The notes under the pieces: generated by a model | What the model saw: only the letters and a program-made list of their open reading frames with translations | Told to the model about the DNA's origin: nothing | The model's database searches: none | Program-made: the position numbers and the translations under genes | NCBI GenBank assembly: GCA_041661745.1 | Contig: JBAZTR010000002.1 | Span: 4,368-68,367, forward strand | DNA: 64,000 bases | DNA from: Patescibacteria group bacterium | GTDB taxonomy: Bacteria > Patescibacteriota > Patescibacteriia > UBA9934 > GWF2-40-263 | Direction: 5' to 3' | Part shown: one piece after another, positions 35,536 through 44,275 of the stretch | Position numbering within the stretch: the first letter of the stretch is position 1 | Layout: every line of letters begins with the position of its first letter

Positions 35536-37059
35536 ATGTTGGAAACCGTCCGAACTTTTGAAGATCTGGAACAGCTCATTAAAAATAATTACATGAAGCC
35601 GGATTTAGAATTGGTCGAACGCGCCTACAGGCTAGCCGAAAAGGCCCACCAAGGTGAAATTCGCTTTTCCGGCCACCCTTTTATTACCCATCCCTTGGCC
35701 GTGGCTTACAAATTGGCGGAAATGGGTTTCCACACCAACATGGTTGTAGCCGGACTTCTGCACGACGTGGTCGAGGACACCGAGGTCACTCTTGATGATA
35801 TAAAAAAAGAATTCGGCGACGACGTGGCTGGTTTAGTAGAAGGGGTTACTAAACTGAAAAAAATAAAATATCAGGGTGTGGAACGATATGTCGAAAACAT
35901 GCGGCGCATGTTTATGGCCATGGCTTCTGATGTCAGAGTAATCTTTATAAAATTCGCCGATCGTTTACACAATCTTCAAACCCTTTACGCTCGACCCGGC
36001 CATAAGCAGGAAAGAATTGCTCGGGAAACCTTGGAAATTTATGCGCCCATTGCCAATCGTTTGGGGATGGGGGAAATAAAAGGCGAGTTAGAAGATTTGG
36101 CCTTCAAATATCTTTTCCCGAAAGAATATGATTGGATGGTTCAGATTATGGAAACCAAGGTGCGCGAAAAAGGCGCACAAATTTCCCGTCTGATTGACCG
36201 AGCCAGCAAAGTTTTGGGTGAAGCAAAAATTGAAACAAATCAAATTCACGGTCGGGTCAAGCGTCTTTATAGTTTATATAAAAAACTGCAGCGTTATAAT
36301 AATGACTTGGCCAAAATTCACGATTTGGTGGCGGTGCGCGTTATTGTAAAAGATGTCGAGGATTGTTACGCTGCCCTGGGCCTTGTTCATCAAGAATGGC
36401 ATCCGGTTCCAAACCGCATTAAAGACTATATTGCTCAACCAAAACCCAACGGTTATCGCTCTTTACACACAACGGTTTTTTGTGGCGATGGTGAAACAGC
36501 CGAATTCCAAATCCGTACCGAAGAAATGCACGAATTTGCCGAATATGGTATTGCCGCCCACTGGCGTTATAAAGAAACCGGTTTTTCACCGCCAAAAAAT
36601 CTGCGTTGGATGGAGGAAATGGTGGTAATTCAAAAGGCTCTAGAAGACAAAAAAGACTTTTTTGAACAAATGGAGGTTTTAAAAATTGATGTTTTTAAAG
36701 ACCATATTTTTGTTTTCACCCCGCAGGGCGATGTGATCGATTTACCAGAGGGGGCCACCCCGGTTGACTTTGCTTACGCTGTCCACACCGATGTCGGTCA
36801 CAAATGTGTCGCTGCTAAGGTCAACGATCAACTAGTTAATCTTGATTCAACCTTAAATTCCAACGATGTTGTAGAAATAATCACTGACAAAAATCGCCGC
36901 GGCCCTAACCCCGATTGGCTGAAATTCGTCAAAACCAATCACGCTCGGGAATTGGTTAGAGAGGCGGCAAAAAAAAACATGAGGTCGTGGCTTTCAGCCA
37001 TGATTTCCAAACCTGCTAATCCTGCCAAAAAAGAAAAGAAAGGCAAGAAAACAAAATAG
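35536..37059 (+). CDS. RelA/SpoT family (p)ppGpp synthetase/hydrolase (HD-SYNTH-TGS, no ACT)
   Basis: HPLAVA..LLHDVVEDT, IKFADRLHN, RIKDYIAQPKPNGYRSLHT, EFQIRT, TPVDFAYAVHT. Confidence 0.95.
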   Translation: MLETVRTFEDLEQLIKNNYMKPDLELVERAYRLAEKAHQGEIRFSGHPFITHPLAVAYKLAEMGFHTNMVVAGLLHDVVEDTEVTLDDIKKEFGDDVAGLVEGVTKLKKIKYQGVERYVENMRRMFMAMASDVRVIFIKFADRLHNLQTLYARPGHKQERIARETLEIYAPIANRLGMGEIKGELEDLAFKYLFPKEYDWMVQIMETKVREKGAQISRLIDRASKVLGEAKIETNQIHGRVKRLYSLYKKLQRYNNDLAKIHDLVAVRVIVKDVEDCYAALGLVHQEWHPVPNRIKDYIAQPKPNGYRSLHTTVFCGDGETAEFQIRTEEMHEFAEYGIAAHWRYKETGFSPPKNLRWMEEMVVIQKALEDKKDFFEQMEVLKIDVFKDHIFVFTPQGDVIDLPEGATPVDFAYAVHTDVGHKCVAAKVNDQLVNLDSTLNSNDVVEIITDKNRRGPNPDWLKFVKTNHARELVREAAKKNMRSWLSAMISKPANPAKKEKKGKKTK

Positions 37060-37091
37060 GGAACAAAAATTTTTGTTCCCTATTTTGTTTT
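37048..37091. terminator. Perfect 44 bp palindrome, probable bidirectional terminator
   Basis: AAAACAAAATAGGGAACAAAAATTTTTGTTCCCTATTTTGTTTT equals its reverse complement; lies between convergent relA and parB. Confidence 0.7.
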
Positions 37092-37093
37092 TA

Positions 37094-37951
37094 TTATATT
37101 TCGGATAATCTGGCCAACAATTCCATTAAGTCTTCTTTTGAATAAAAATGCATGGTGATTGTCCCCTTCCCGACACGTTCACGAATTTCTACCTTGGTTC
37201 CCAGAATCTCTTGCAACCTTTTTTCGTGCGCCACTAAATTAGGATCAACCCGACGACCAAACACTGACTTGGGGCGATGTCCGGCCACCGTGTGCTCGGC
37301 GGAACGAACTGTGACCTTACCGGTTAACATGGCCTGAAAAAGTTCTTTTTGTTTAACTGGGTCATTTTCCGAGAGCAACGTGCGTGCATGACTCTTGGTA
37401 ATCTTGTCCTCTTTAAGAGCGTCTTGAATGTATTCAGGTAATTCTAGCAAACGCAGAGTATTGGCCACGGCCGGTCGACTTTTTCCAACTCTAACTGCTG
37501 CTTCTTCTTGGGTAAAATTAAATTCATCCATCAAGGTTCGATAAGCCAAAGCTTCTTCCAATGGATTAAGATCAGCTCGTTGCAAGTTTTCAATCAAAGC
37601 CCACTCAATTTTTTGTTGTTTTGTGGCATCACGAACAATAACCGGCACGGTTTTTAAACCAAGGGCTTTGGCCGCTCGCCAACGTCGTTCCCCGGCAATC
37701 AATTCATACTGATTATCACAAAAAGTCACCACCAGTGGTTGAAGAATACCGTGCTCTTTAATTGAGCTGATCAAATCATCTAAATCAGCCGCGGCAAAAT
37801 GCCGACGTGGCTGATGCGGATTGGGAACAATGTCGCCAACCGGAATTTCTTTAATCTCTTGATGGCCGACAACCGAGGTAACAACCTCGGAAACTTTTTT
37901 GGTGGGAATGAGCGAACCGAGGCCCCTCCCAAGCACTGGTTTTGTAATCAT
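37094..37951 (-). CDS. parB: Chromosome partitioning protein ParB/Spo0J
   Basis: LGRGLGSLI, PNPHQPR, ELIAGERRWRA, ALIENLQRADLNPLEEA; start 37951. Confidence 0.96.
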   Translation of the reverse strand: MITKPVLGRGLGSLIPTKKVSEVVTSVVGHQEIKEIPVGDIVPNPHQPRRHFAAADLDDLISSIKEHGILQPLVVTFCDNQYELIAGERRWRAAKALGLKTVPVIVRDATKQQKIEWALIENLQRADLNPLEEALAYRTLMDEFNFTQEEAAVRVGKSRPAVANTLRLLELPEYIQDALKEDKITKSHARTLLSENDPVKQKELFQAMLTGKVTVRSAEHTVAGHRPKSVFGRRVDPNLVAHEKRLQEILGTKVEIRERVGKGTITMHFYSKEDLMELLARLSEI

Positions 37952-37955
37952 AACT

Positions 37956-38729
37956 TTATAAATCACCGTTTTCACGCATCAAAAATTCTTGTGCCAAACG
38001 TTCGTAGGCTCGGGCGGCTTTTGATGTGGGATCGTAATGAAGAATAGTTTTACCAAATGACGGCGCCTCGGCCAAGCGAACACTGCGCGGCACAACCGAA
38101 CGAAAAATGTTGTTAGGAAAATACCGATAAAGCTCTTCTAAAACCTCTTTTGAAAGTTTGGTGCGCGAATCATACATGGTAATAACCGCGCCCATGACTT
38201 TCAAATCAGGATTAAGTTGTTCGCGAATAAGATCAACTGTACCAAGAAGTTGTCCCAATCCTTCAAGCGCATAATATTCGGCCTGCACTGGAATTAAGAC
38301 TGAATCAGCGGCCGTAAGACCATTAACGGTTAAAAGACCGAGTGAAGGCGGATTGTCAATTAAAACATAATCAAAATCGTTTCGCACTTCCAAAATACCC
38401 TTACGCAAGCAGTGTTCGCGTTCCTCGGCTCCAACCAATTCAACAGCCGCCCCGGCCAAAGCTTGCGTTGCTGGAATAAGTTTTAGTCCTTCGTGTGCTG
38501 TCGGCATAATCAAATCGCGCATGCGATGTGTACCGATCATGCCTTCATAAATACCCGCCGGTACATTACGATAATCTATTCCTAAACCGGAAGTGGCGTT
38601 GGCTTGCGGATCCAAATCAATTAATAAAACAAACTTGCCCAGGTGAGCAAGGTAGGCGGCCAAACTCAAAGAGGTGGTGGTTTTCCCCACTCCACCCTTC
38701 TGATTTACAATCGAAACCACGTGTGCCAT
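37956..38729 (-). CDS. parA: Chromosome partitioning ATPase ParA/Soj
   Basis: NQKGGVGKTT, DLDPQANATSG, IDNPPSLG, VRLAEAPSFG. Confidence 0.96.
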   Translation of the reverse strand: MAHVVSIVNQKGGVGKTTTSLSLAAYLAHLGKFVLLIDLDPQANATSGLGIDYRNVPAGIYEGMIGTHRMRDLIMPTAHEGLKLIPATQALAGAAVELVGAEEREHCLRKGILEVRNDFDYVLIDNPPSLGLLTVNGLTAADSVLIPVQAEYYALEGLGQLLGTVDLIREQLNPDLKVMGAVITMYDSRTKLSKEVLEELYRYFPNNIFRSVVPRSVRLAEAPSFGKTILHYDPTSKAARAYERLAQEFLMRENGDL

Positions 38730-38810
38730 AAGCGGCTATATTATAGCAAAAGGGTTGAAGAGGTGGAAGAGGAAAAACAAAAACACCTGACAAACGAAGT
38801 CAGGTATTTT

Positions 38811-38887
38811 TGGTTGCGGGGGCCGGATTTGAACCGGCGACCTCTTGGTTATGAGCCAAGCGAGCTGCCAGGCTGCTCTACCCCGCG
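38811..38887 (-). tRNA. Initiator tRNA-fMet (CAT)
   Basis: CGCGGGG..CTTGG-CTCATAA-CCAAG..GGTTCAAATCC..CCCCGCAACCA; C1:A72 mismatch, A11:U24. Confidence 0.95.
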
Positions 38888-38904
38888 GTGTTTTATTGTT
38901 AACT

Positions 38905-38925
38905 CTGGTAGCGGGGGTGGGGATC
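38905..38925 (-). repeat. 21 bp duplicate of the tRNA-Met 3' end (att-like)
   Basis: CTGGTAGCGGGGGTGGGGATC identical at 38905-38925 and 39066-39086. Confidence 0.85.
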
Positions 38926-39066
38926 TCACATTCCATAAGGGAACGTCGTTCCCCTCTGGCGGCCGGCCGAGCCGGCCTGTCACCCCTCCTCTACTATTGG
39001 TGGGGAAACAACGTGTTTCCCCAAACCCCTTCCGGTTCGATTCCCACCACTAACAGAAAATTTAAC

Positions 39067-39143
39067 TGGTAGCGGGGGTGGGGATCGAACCCACGACCTC
39101 GGGCTTATGAGTCCCACGCTCTAGCCAACTGAGCTACCCCGCC
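39067..39143 (-). tRNA. tRNA-Met (CAT), elongator type
   Basis: GGCGGGG..TGGGA-CTCATAA-GCCCG..GGTTCGATCCC..CCCCGCTACCA. Confidence 0.92.
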
Positions 39144-39218
39144 GTTTCGCGAGCTAAATCATAACAAAATCTTGTAAAAAACGCAAGGGTATGTTAGTAT
39201 TTTCAACACAATGAGATT

Positions 39219-39305
39219 GGGCGAGTGGCGGAACTGGTATACGCGCAGGACTCAAAATCCTGTTCTCGCAAGGGATTGAGGGTTCGATTCCCTCCTCGCC
39301 CACCA
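39219..39305 (+). tRNA. tRNA-Leu (CAA)
   Basis: GGGCGAG..CAGGA-CTCAAAA-TCCTG, long variable arm, GGTTCGATTCC, CCA; terminator at 39306-39334. Confidence 0.97.
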
Positions 39306-39392
39306 AAAAAACCTCAAATTACTTGAGGTTTTTTGTTATCCACTAAACCCTTTAAAAAAACTCCCAAAAGTGTTATCCTATAGGCGTTAACT

Positions 39393-39857
39393 ATGACACT
39401 TACTGCTCACGCGGCCATGGGTGCGGTTATTGGTGAGGCCGTTGGCAATCCTTTACTTGGATTCATTATCGCTATTGCGGTGCATTTTCTGGTTGATATA
39501 ATTCCGCACGGCGATAATTTTCTTTCCAACAATTATCGGATCCTAAAACGCCATCGCAAACAAGCTGTTGCTTATGTAACAATTGATGCCGCTTGCGCCA
39601 TTCTCTTTGTCTTGTTTATCGTCAATGTGCGCGATGTCGCTCTAATTCGTCCCATTAGTCTTGGTATTGTCGGTTCAGTTCTACCCGATCTTCTGGTTGG
39701 CCTCTACGATTTAACTAAAATAAAATATCTGCGTTGGATTTTTAATCTGCATTTCGCTTTTCATAATTTCATAATAAAAAAACGCGGTGATGTTCCGCTC
39801 CGCTATGCCTTAATCGCCCAAGCTGTTCTAGTTGTTCTCCTACAAACCAGATTGTAA
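39393..39857 (+). CDS. Membrane protein, metal-dependent hydrolase-like (YdjM-like His/Asp motifs)
   Basis: MTLTAH, HFLVDIIPHGD, GSVLPDL, LHFAFH; several TM helices. Confidence 0.65.
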   Translation: MTLTAHAAMGAVIGEAVGNPLLGFIIAIAVHFLVDIIPHGDNFLSNNYRILKRHRKQAVAYVTIDAACAILFVLFIVNVRDVALIRPISLGIVGSVLPDLLVGLYDLTKIKYLRWIFNLHFAFHNFIIKKRGDVPLRYALIAQAVLVVLLQTRL

Positions 39858-39873
39858 AACAAAAAACGTCCAG

Positions 39874-40395
39874 CTAGGCTGGGCGTTTTTTTATTTCTTT
39901 TTCTAATTCTTGCCACAACGGACTGTCGGCTAAAAGTTTTTCTGACAGGTTTAAAATCTTCGGCCCCTTAACCTCGTGCATGTAAACGGCTCGTTCCGGA
40001 CTTAAGGCATACGAATCACCGATGTTGTCGACTAGATCGGCAATCTTAATTGCCCAGGCGTCGCGGTCATTAACCTTGGCTAAATTACCAATCATCGCCG
40101 CCCAACGGACATCACCGGCCGGCAAGCTTTTGTCAAAGCTGCATAATCGTACTAATTCCACCACGCGTGGCGAAAAACCGAGGTGCGATAGTTCCTCAAA
40201 AGAAACATTACCGTCCTCGTAAACATCGTGCAAAAGCCCGGCCAAAACTACCTCATCAGAAAAACCGAACGAGCACAAAATCTCCGCCACATCCAAAGAA
40301 TGTTTGTAATTAGGAATATCAGGCAAGCCTTTACGTGAACCAGTAATGGCTGTGCGCACCAGATGTTCAGCTTTTTCCAAAAGAAATTGATCCAT
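39874..40395 (-). CDS. Stand-alone HD protein, small alarmone hydrolase (Mesh1-like)
   Basis: HSLDVAEIL..LAGLLHDVYED..IKIADLVDN. Confidence 0.8.
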   Translation of the reverse strand: MDQFLLEKAEHLVRTAITGSRKGLPDIPNYKHSLDVAEILCSFGFSDEVVLAGLLHDVYEDGNVSFEELSHLGFSPRVVELVRLCSFDKSLPAGDVRWAAMIGNLAKVNDRDAWAIKIADLVDNIGDSYALSPERAVYMHEVKGPKILNLSEKLLADSPLWQELEKEIKKRPA

Positions 40396-40398
40396 ACT

Positions 40399-41463
40399 TT
40401 AAAAAACTTTTAGCAATCTTTCGGCTGTTTTTAACCAAGAAAACTCCTTGGCTTGAATCAAGCCTTTTTCAATGAAACCCCTACGAGTAGCCTCATCGGT
40501 CATTTCCTCCATTGCTTGAGCTAATTCGTTTGGCTCACTCGTCGCAACATAACGAACGGCTTCACCGCAAACTTCGGGCAAAGCCCCGGCGCGAGTGGTA
40601 ATAACCGGAATTCCAATAGTCATCGCTTCGAGTGGCGGTAAACCAAAACCCTCGTAGAGCGAAGGAAAAATAAGGGCTTGTGCTCCGGCCAATAACGAAA
40701 GCTTTTCCTCGGGAGAAACATAACCAATCTCTTGAATAAAATCAGCTCCGACAAATTCGTCCGTTATTGCCTCGTATTTCCAACCGCGCTTTCCGGCCAC
40801 CAATAATTTATATTCGGGAAACTTCTCGTGGAAAATTTTAATAGCGTGCGCTGCCAAAATAAAATTCTTACGCGGTTCGATTGTGCCAAGACATAAAAAA
40901 TATTTATCCGCTCGTTTTGAAGGTACGTCGGTCACGGTCACAGCTGGATAAACAACCGCAACCTTATCGCCTGAAATTTTAAAAAGACGTATTAAATCTT
41001 TTTTTGTTGCTTCCGAGACAGAAACAATTTTCTCGGCACAACGAAGACTTCGCGGCACAACGAGTTTAGTCGAAAACCAGTGGGAGAAACCACCAGGAAA
41101 CCATTCCGGATGATCATAAATAGCCAAATCATGAACGGTAATTACCGCTTTACCCTTCCAGCCGAGCGGCAGTTGTCCGTGTGGTACAAAGAAAATATCA
41201 GGCCGATAAGAACGCACAAGTCGAGGAAAAGAAAAATGATTAAAAAAGAAATTTCCTCGCTTTACTGGCACGCGGACAATTTCGACAGCCGCGGCCGCGC
41301 CGGCCAAGTCACCGGAATATTTATCAGAAAAAAATAAAACGAACTTATTGTCCGTTTTTAGCGCCAACAAAGCGCGAACCAGCCCGTCGGTATATTCCGA
41401 AATGCCGCCAAACTGTCCATTAGTCGGATCAAGAACATAACGACAGTCGATAGCGATTTTCAT
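40399..41463 (-). CDS. Glycosyltransferase family 4
   Basis: MKIAIDCR, ITVHDL, GTIEPRKN, FPSLYEGFGLPPLEAM. Confidence 0.93.
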   Translation of the reverse strand: MKIAIDCRYVLDPTNGQFGGISEYTDGLVRALLALKTDNKFVLFFSDKYSGDLAGAAAAVEIVRVPVKRGNFFFNHFSFPRLVRSYRPDIFFVPHGQLPLGWKGKAVITVHDLAIYDHPEWFPGGFSHWFSTKLVVPRSLRCAEKIVSVSEATKKDLIRLFKISGDKVAVVYPAVTVTDVPSKRADKYFLCLGTIEPRKNFILAAHAIKIFHEKFPEYKLLVAGKRGWKYEAITDEFVGADFIQEIGYVSPEEKLSLLAGAQALIFPSLYEGFGLPPLEAMTIGIPVITTRAGALPEVCGEAVRYVATSEPNELAQAMEEMTDEATRRGFIEKGLIQAKEFSWLKTAERLLKVF

Positions 41464-41936
41464 ATCATCCATGCCAAAAATCCTAAGGCCCCGCTAACAA
41501 TCAAGGAAACGATAATGCCGGCAACAATAACCCCGGCCACCACAGCCGGAAACGAGTATCGTTTCTCAATTTTAAAGATAACCGCCAAGGCCGCGCCGGT
41601 CCAGGCGCCGGTCATGGGGAGCGGGATGGCGACAAAAATTGCCAAAGCTAGGGCCCCGTACTTATCATAAGAATCCTTAAACTTTTCTTTTTTCTTTTCC
41701 AAATAAACCACCATGACTCGATGAAGCCACGGCCAATGTTTTTCCGCCCAAGACAAAACTTTCGGTAAAAGATAAAAGATAGCCGGGACCGGTAAAATGT
41801 TTCCAACAACGGAAAACAAAAAGGCCGACCAAATCGGCAAGCCAAAAACCGTAACCCCAATCGGAATCGAGCCACGAAGTTCGGTAAGTGGAGCGGCCGC
41901 CAACAGCAAAGTTAAAATTTCTGATGATAAGGTCAT
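41460..41936 (-). CDS. Small multi-drug export-like membrane protein (COG2426 type)
   Basis: PLTELRGSIPIG, GNILPVP, FVAIPLPMTGAWTG. Confidence 0.85.
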   Translation of the reverse strand: MTLSSEILTLLLAAAPLTELRGSIPIGVTVFGLPIWSAFLFSVVGNILPVPAIFYLLPKVLSWAEKHWPWLHRVMVVYLEKKKEKFKDSYDKYGALALAIFVAIPLPMTGAWTGAALAVIFKIEKRYSFPAVVAGVIVAGIIVSLIVSGALGFLAWMI

Positions 41937-41938
41937 AA

Positions 41939-42907
41939 TTACCAATCAAAAGTGTTATAAGTCCAAACCGTCAAAGCTTTTACATCGCGCAACCGACCGG
42001 CAGCTGAGTCAGAACCAAGAACAACAACAAAAATATCTTTGCCGCCGTCTTTTTGTGCTTCCACTCCAAGACAATATCCAGCCTCGGGCAGATAGCCGGT
42101 TTTTCCGCCGACAATCTTATAAGGCTCTTGATTTACAAAACCGGTTAAAAGTTCGTTGGTGTTTTCAAGCTGATAGTTATTCCCCTCAGCGTCGGTAATC
42201 GTGGCCGCCGCTTGTTCGGTGGCAAAACGAATGGTTTCATTTTGCAATGCCGCCCGCAACATGGCCACTAAATCCGGCGCCGTCGAACGATTTTCCGAAG
42301 ACAAACCAGTGGGATCGGCAAAAGTTGTTTGAAGCATACCGATCTCGGCCGCTTTTTCGTTCATGCGCGCCACGAAATCGCCTTCTGAAAAACCGGATAA
42401 ACGCGCCAGGGCGGCCGTCGCTGTGTTGTCCGAAGAAATTAAGCTGGCCAAAAGCAAATCTTTTATTGTTACTGTCTGACCGGCCGGAATATGTTGTTTA
42501 CCACCTTCACGATAATCACTTGATTCAATTATAGCCGTCGTGTTGAGATCAGGGTTTCCTGAAAGAAACACCAGAGCTGTCATAAGCTTGGTCATACTGC
42601 CAATGGAGCGTGCTTCTTCGGCGTTCTTTTCGTACAGAACTGTGCCGCTGGCTGAATCCATAACCAAAGCCGTGGTGGCCGCCGTAATCACTCCAATACT
42701 TTCCGGATTATTTTTTTTCGGAGCCCGAGCCACATCTACTGCCACCGGGAAACTCGGCCGCATTGCCGTCATGGCCGCACCAAAACTGGTTTCGATTGTT
42801 TCCGTGTCAGCGGCTTTTACGTATGACTCAACCACCCCGGCGTCAACCGGAAAAATTTGAACCAAACTGATGGCCAAAATAATTTCAACAAAAGCTTTAT
42901 AAATCAT
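41939..42907 (-). CDS. D-alanyl-D-alanine carboxypeptidase/endopeptidase (peptidase S11)
   Basis: SMTK (SxxK), SDN (SxN), KTG motifs. Confidence 0.92.
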   Translation of the reverse strand: MIYKAFVEIILAISLVQIFPVDAGVVESYVKAADTETIETSFGAAMTAMRPSFPVAVDVARAPKKNNPESIGVITAATTALVMDSASGTVLYEKNAEEARSIGSMTKLMTALVFLSGNPDLNTTAIIESSDYREGGKQHIPAGQTVTIKDLLLASLISSDNTATAALARLSGFSEGDFVARMNEKAAEIGMLQTTFADPTGLSSENRSTAPDLVAMLRAALQNETIRFATEQAAATITDAEGNNYQLENTNELLTGFVNQEPYKIVGGKTGYLPEAGYCLGVEAQKDGGKDIFVVVLGSDSAAGRLRDVKALTVWTYNTFDW

Positions 42908-43476
42908 ACTATTTGTTTTTCGGCCGGAACAGTTTCTGCCCCGCTTAATTCCCGAATCATTTGATCAATTTGCGGATTGTTATTAAAGTTTTCAAATTCC
43001 GGCAATTCCGAAACATTTTTAACCCCAAGATGCCGCAAAAAATCCAAAGAAACCGAATAAACCGACTGTAATTTGGTTGAATCATCTTTTTCTTCAATCA
43101 ACCCGCGCATTAAAAGATTGCGCAAAATTAAAGTACAGTTAATGCCGCGAATCTGCTCAATTTCCGGCTTAGTCATGGGCCCACGGTAAGCAATAATCGT
43201 CAGCGTTTCCAGCGATGGTCGGGTTAATTCCCCACCCATATCTTCTTTGGCAAAAATCTTAACCGCCTCAGCCGCGGCTGGGTTAGTGGCCAGCTGTAGT
43301 TTGCCTTCTTGTTCCAAAAAATGAATGCCTGAACTTTCAACATTGCGAAGATTTTTAAGTTCTTCAATCGCTTCGCGCAAAGTTTCCTGATTAGTATTCA
43401 AGGCTTTAGCCAAAGTTTTAATATCAAGTGGTTTAGCCGCGGCAAAAAGTATGGCTTCAAGAGTGGTGGTTAACAT
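42904..43476 (-). CDS. scpB: SMC-Scp complex subunit ScpB
   Basis: LEAILFAA, LETLTIIAYRGPMTKPEIEQIRGIN. Confidence 0.95.
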   Translation of the reverse strand: MLTTTLEAILFAAAKPLDIKTLAKALNTNQETLREAIEELKNLRNVESSGIHFLEQEGKLQLATNPAAAEAVKIFAKEDMGGELTRPSLETLTIIAYRGPMTKPEIEQIRGINCTLILRNLLMRGLIEEKDDSTKLQSVYSVSLDFLRHLGVKNVSELPEFENFNNNPQIDQMIRELSGAETVPAEKQIV

Positions 43477-43483
43477 ATTTTTG

Positions 43484-43575
43484 GTTCAAAATGTTCAATT
43501 GTTCAAATTGTTCACTTTTGGCTTACAGCTCGATCCGATAGTGAACAAGTTGAACAGGTTGAACAAATTGGACAA
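43484..43575 (-). repeat. Inverted 4+4 GTTCAA array filling the scpA-scpB spacer
   Basis: GTTCA at 43484, 43493, 43501, 43510; TG(A/G)AC at 43542, 43551, 43560, 43569; reverse complement aligns with 31531-31620. Confidence 0.8.
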
Positions 43576-44271
43576 TTATTCATTCCTAGTAAGCACGATT
43601 TCTTCAAAAGCTTCAGGTTGTTGAACTTTAATTATTCTTTGTTTTACTAATTCAAGCAGGGCTAAAAAACTCACCACCACTTCAGCCCGCGATTTGGCCG
43701 CGCCAACCACATCGGAAAACATAAACCTGGCCCGTTTCATTATTGCCTCGTGGATGTCGCGAATACGCTCCTCAACCGAGGCGACTCGTTCCAGCGAAGC
43801 TTGGCGTAAAGCGAAAAAAGGTTCCAGACGTTTAATCAGACCACGGAAAGCTTCGGCCAAAACATTTGTTGTCACGTTTTCCGGCGGACGAAAACCAACT
43901 TCAACCGGCAACGGCACATATGGCCGGGCAAACAACACTGCCCCGCCCAAATACATATTTTCCAATTTGCCGGCCACGTCCACAAAAGTGCGATAAAGTC
44001 TAAGCTGGGCGGCTAAATTGCTTTGCTCAACTGCCTCTTCAAGTGGGACAGGCAAAATGGAATTAGATTTAATCAGCAATAAACGCGCGGCCACGGTTAA
44101 AAAATCTGCCAGCTCTTCGGCTGGAACATTATTTTCGTTTATAAACTTAAGATAATCGCCAGTAACTTGGGCCAGCGACACCTCGGAAATCGGCAACTCC
44201 TCCTTTTCAATTAAAGTAAGCAGCAAATCAAGCGGACCGGAGAATTTTTCTATTGAAACTTCGTAAGACAC
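43576..44271 (-). CDS. scpA: Segregation/condensation protein ScpA
   Basis: FSGPLDLLLTLI, ARLLLIKS, VVSFLALLEL; GTG start at 44271. Confidence 0.94.
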   Translation of the reverse strand: MSYEVSIEKFSGPLDLLLTLIEKEELPISEVSLAQVTGDYLKFINENNVPAEELADFLTVAARLLLIKSNSILPVPLEEAVEQSNLAAQLRLYRTFVDVAGKLENMYLGGAVLFARPYVPLPVEVGFRPPENVTTNVLAEAFRGLIKRLEPFFALRQASLERVASVEERIRDIHEAIMKRARFMFSDVVGAAKSRAEVVVSFLALLELVKQRIIKVQQPEAFEEIVLTRNE

Positions 44272-44275
44272 AATT

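Noticed and set aside
38643-39072. ORFs of 66-136 aa across the tRNA cluster
   Set aside because: They overlap well-formed tRNA genes and are spurious.
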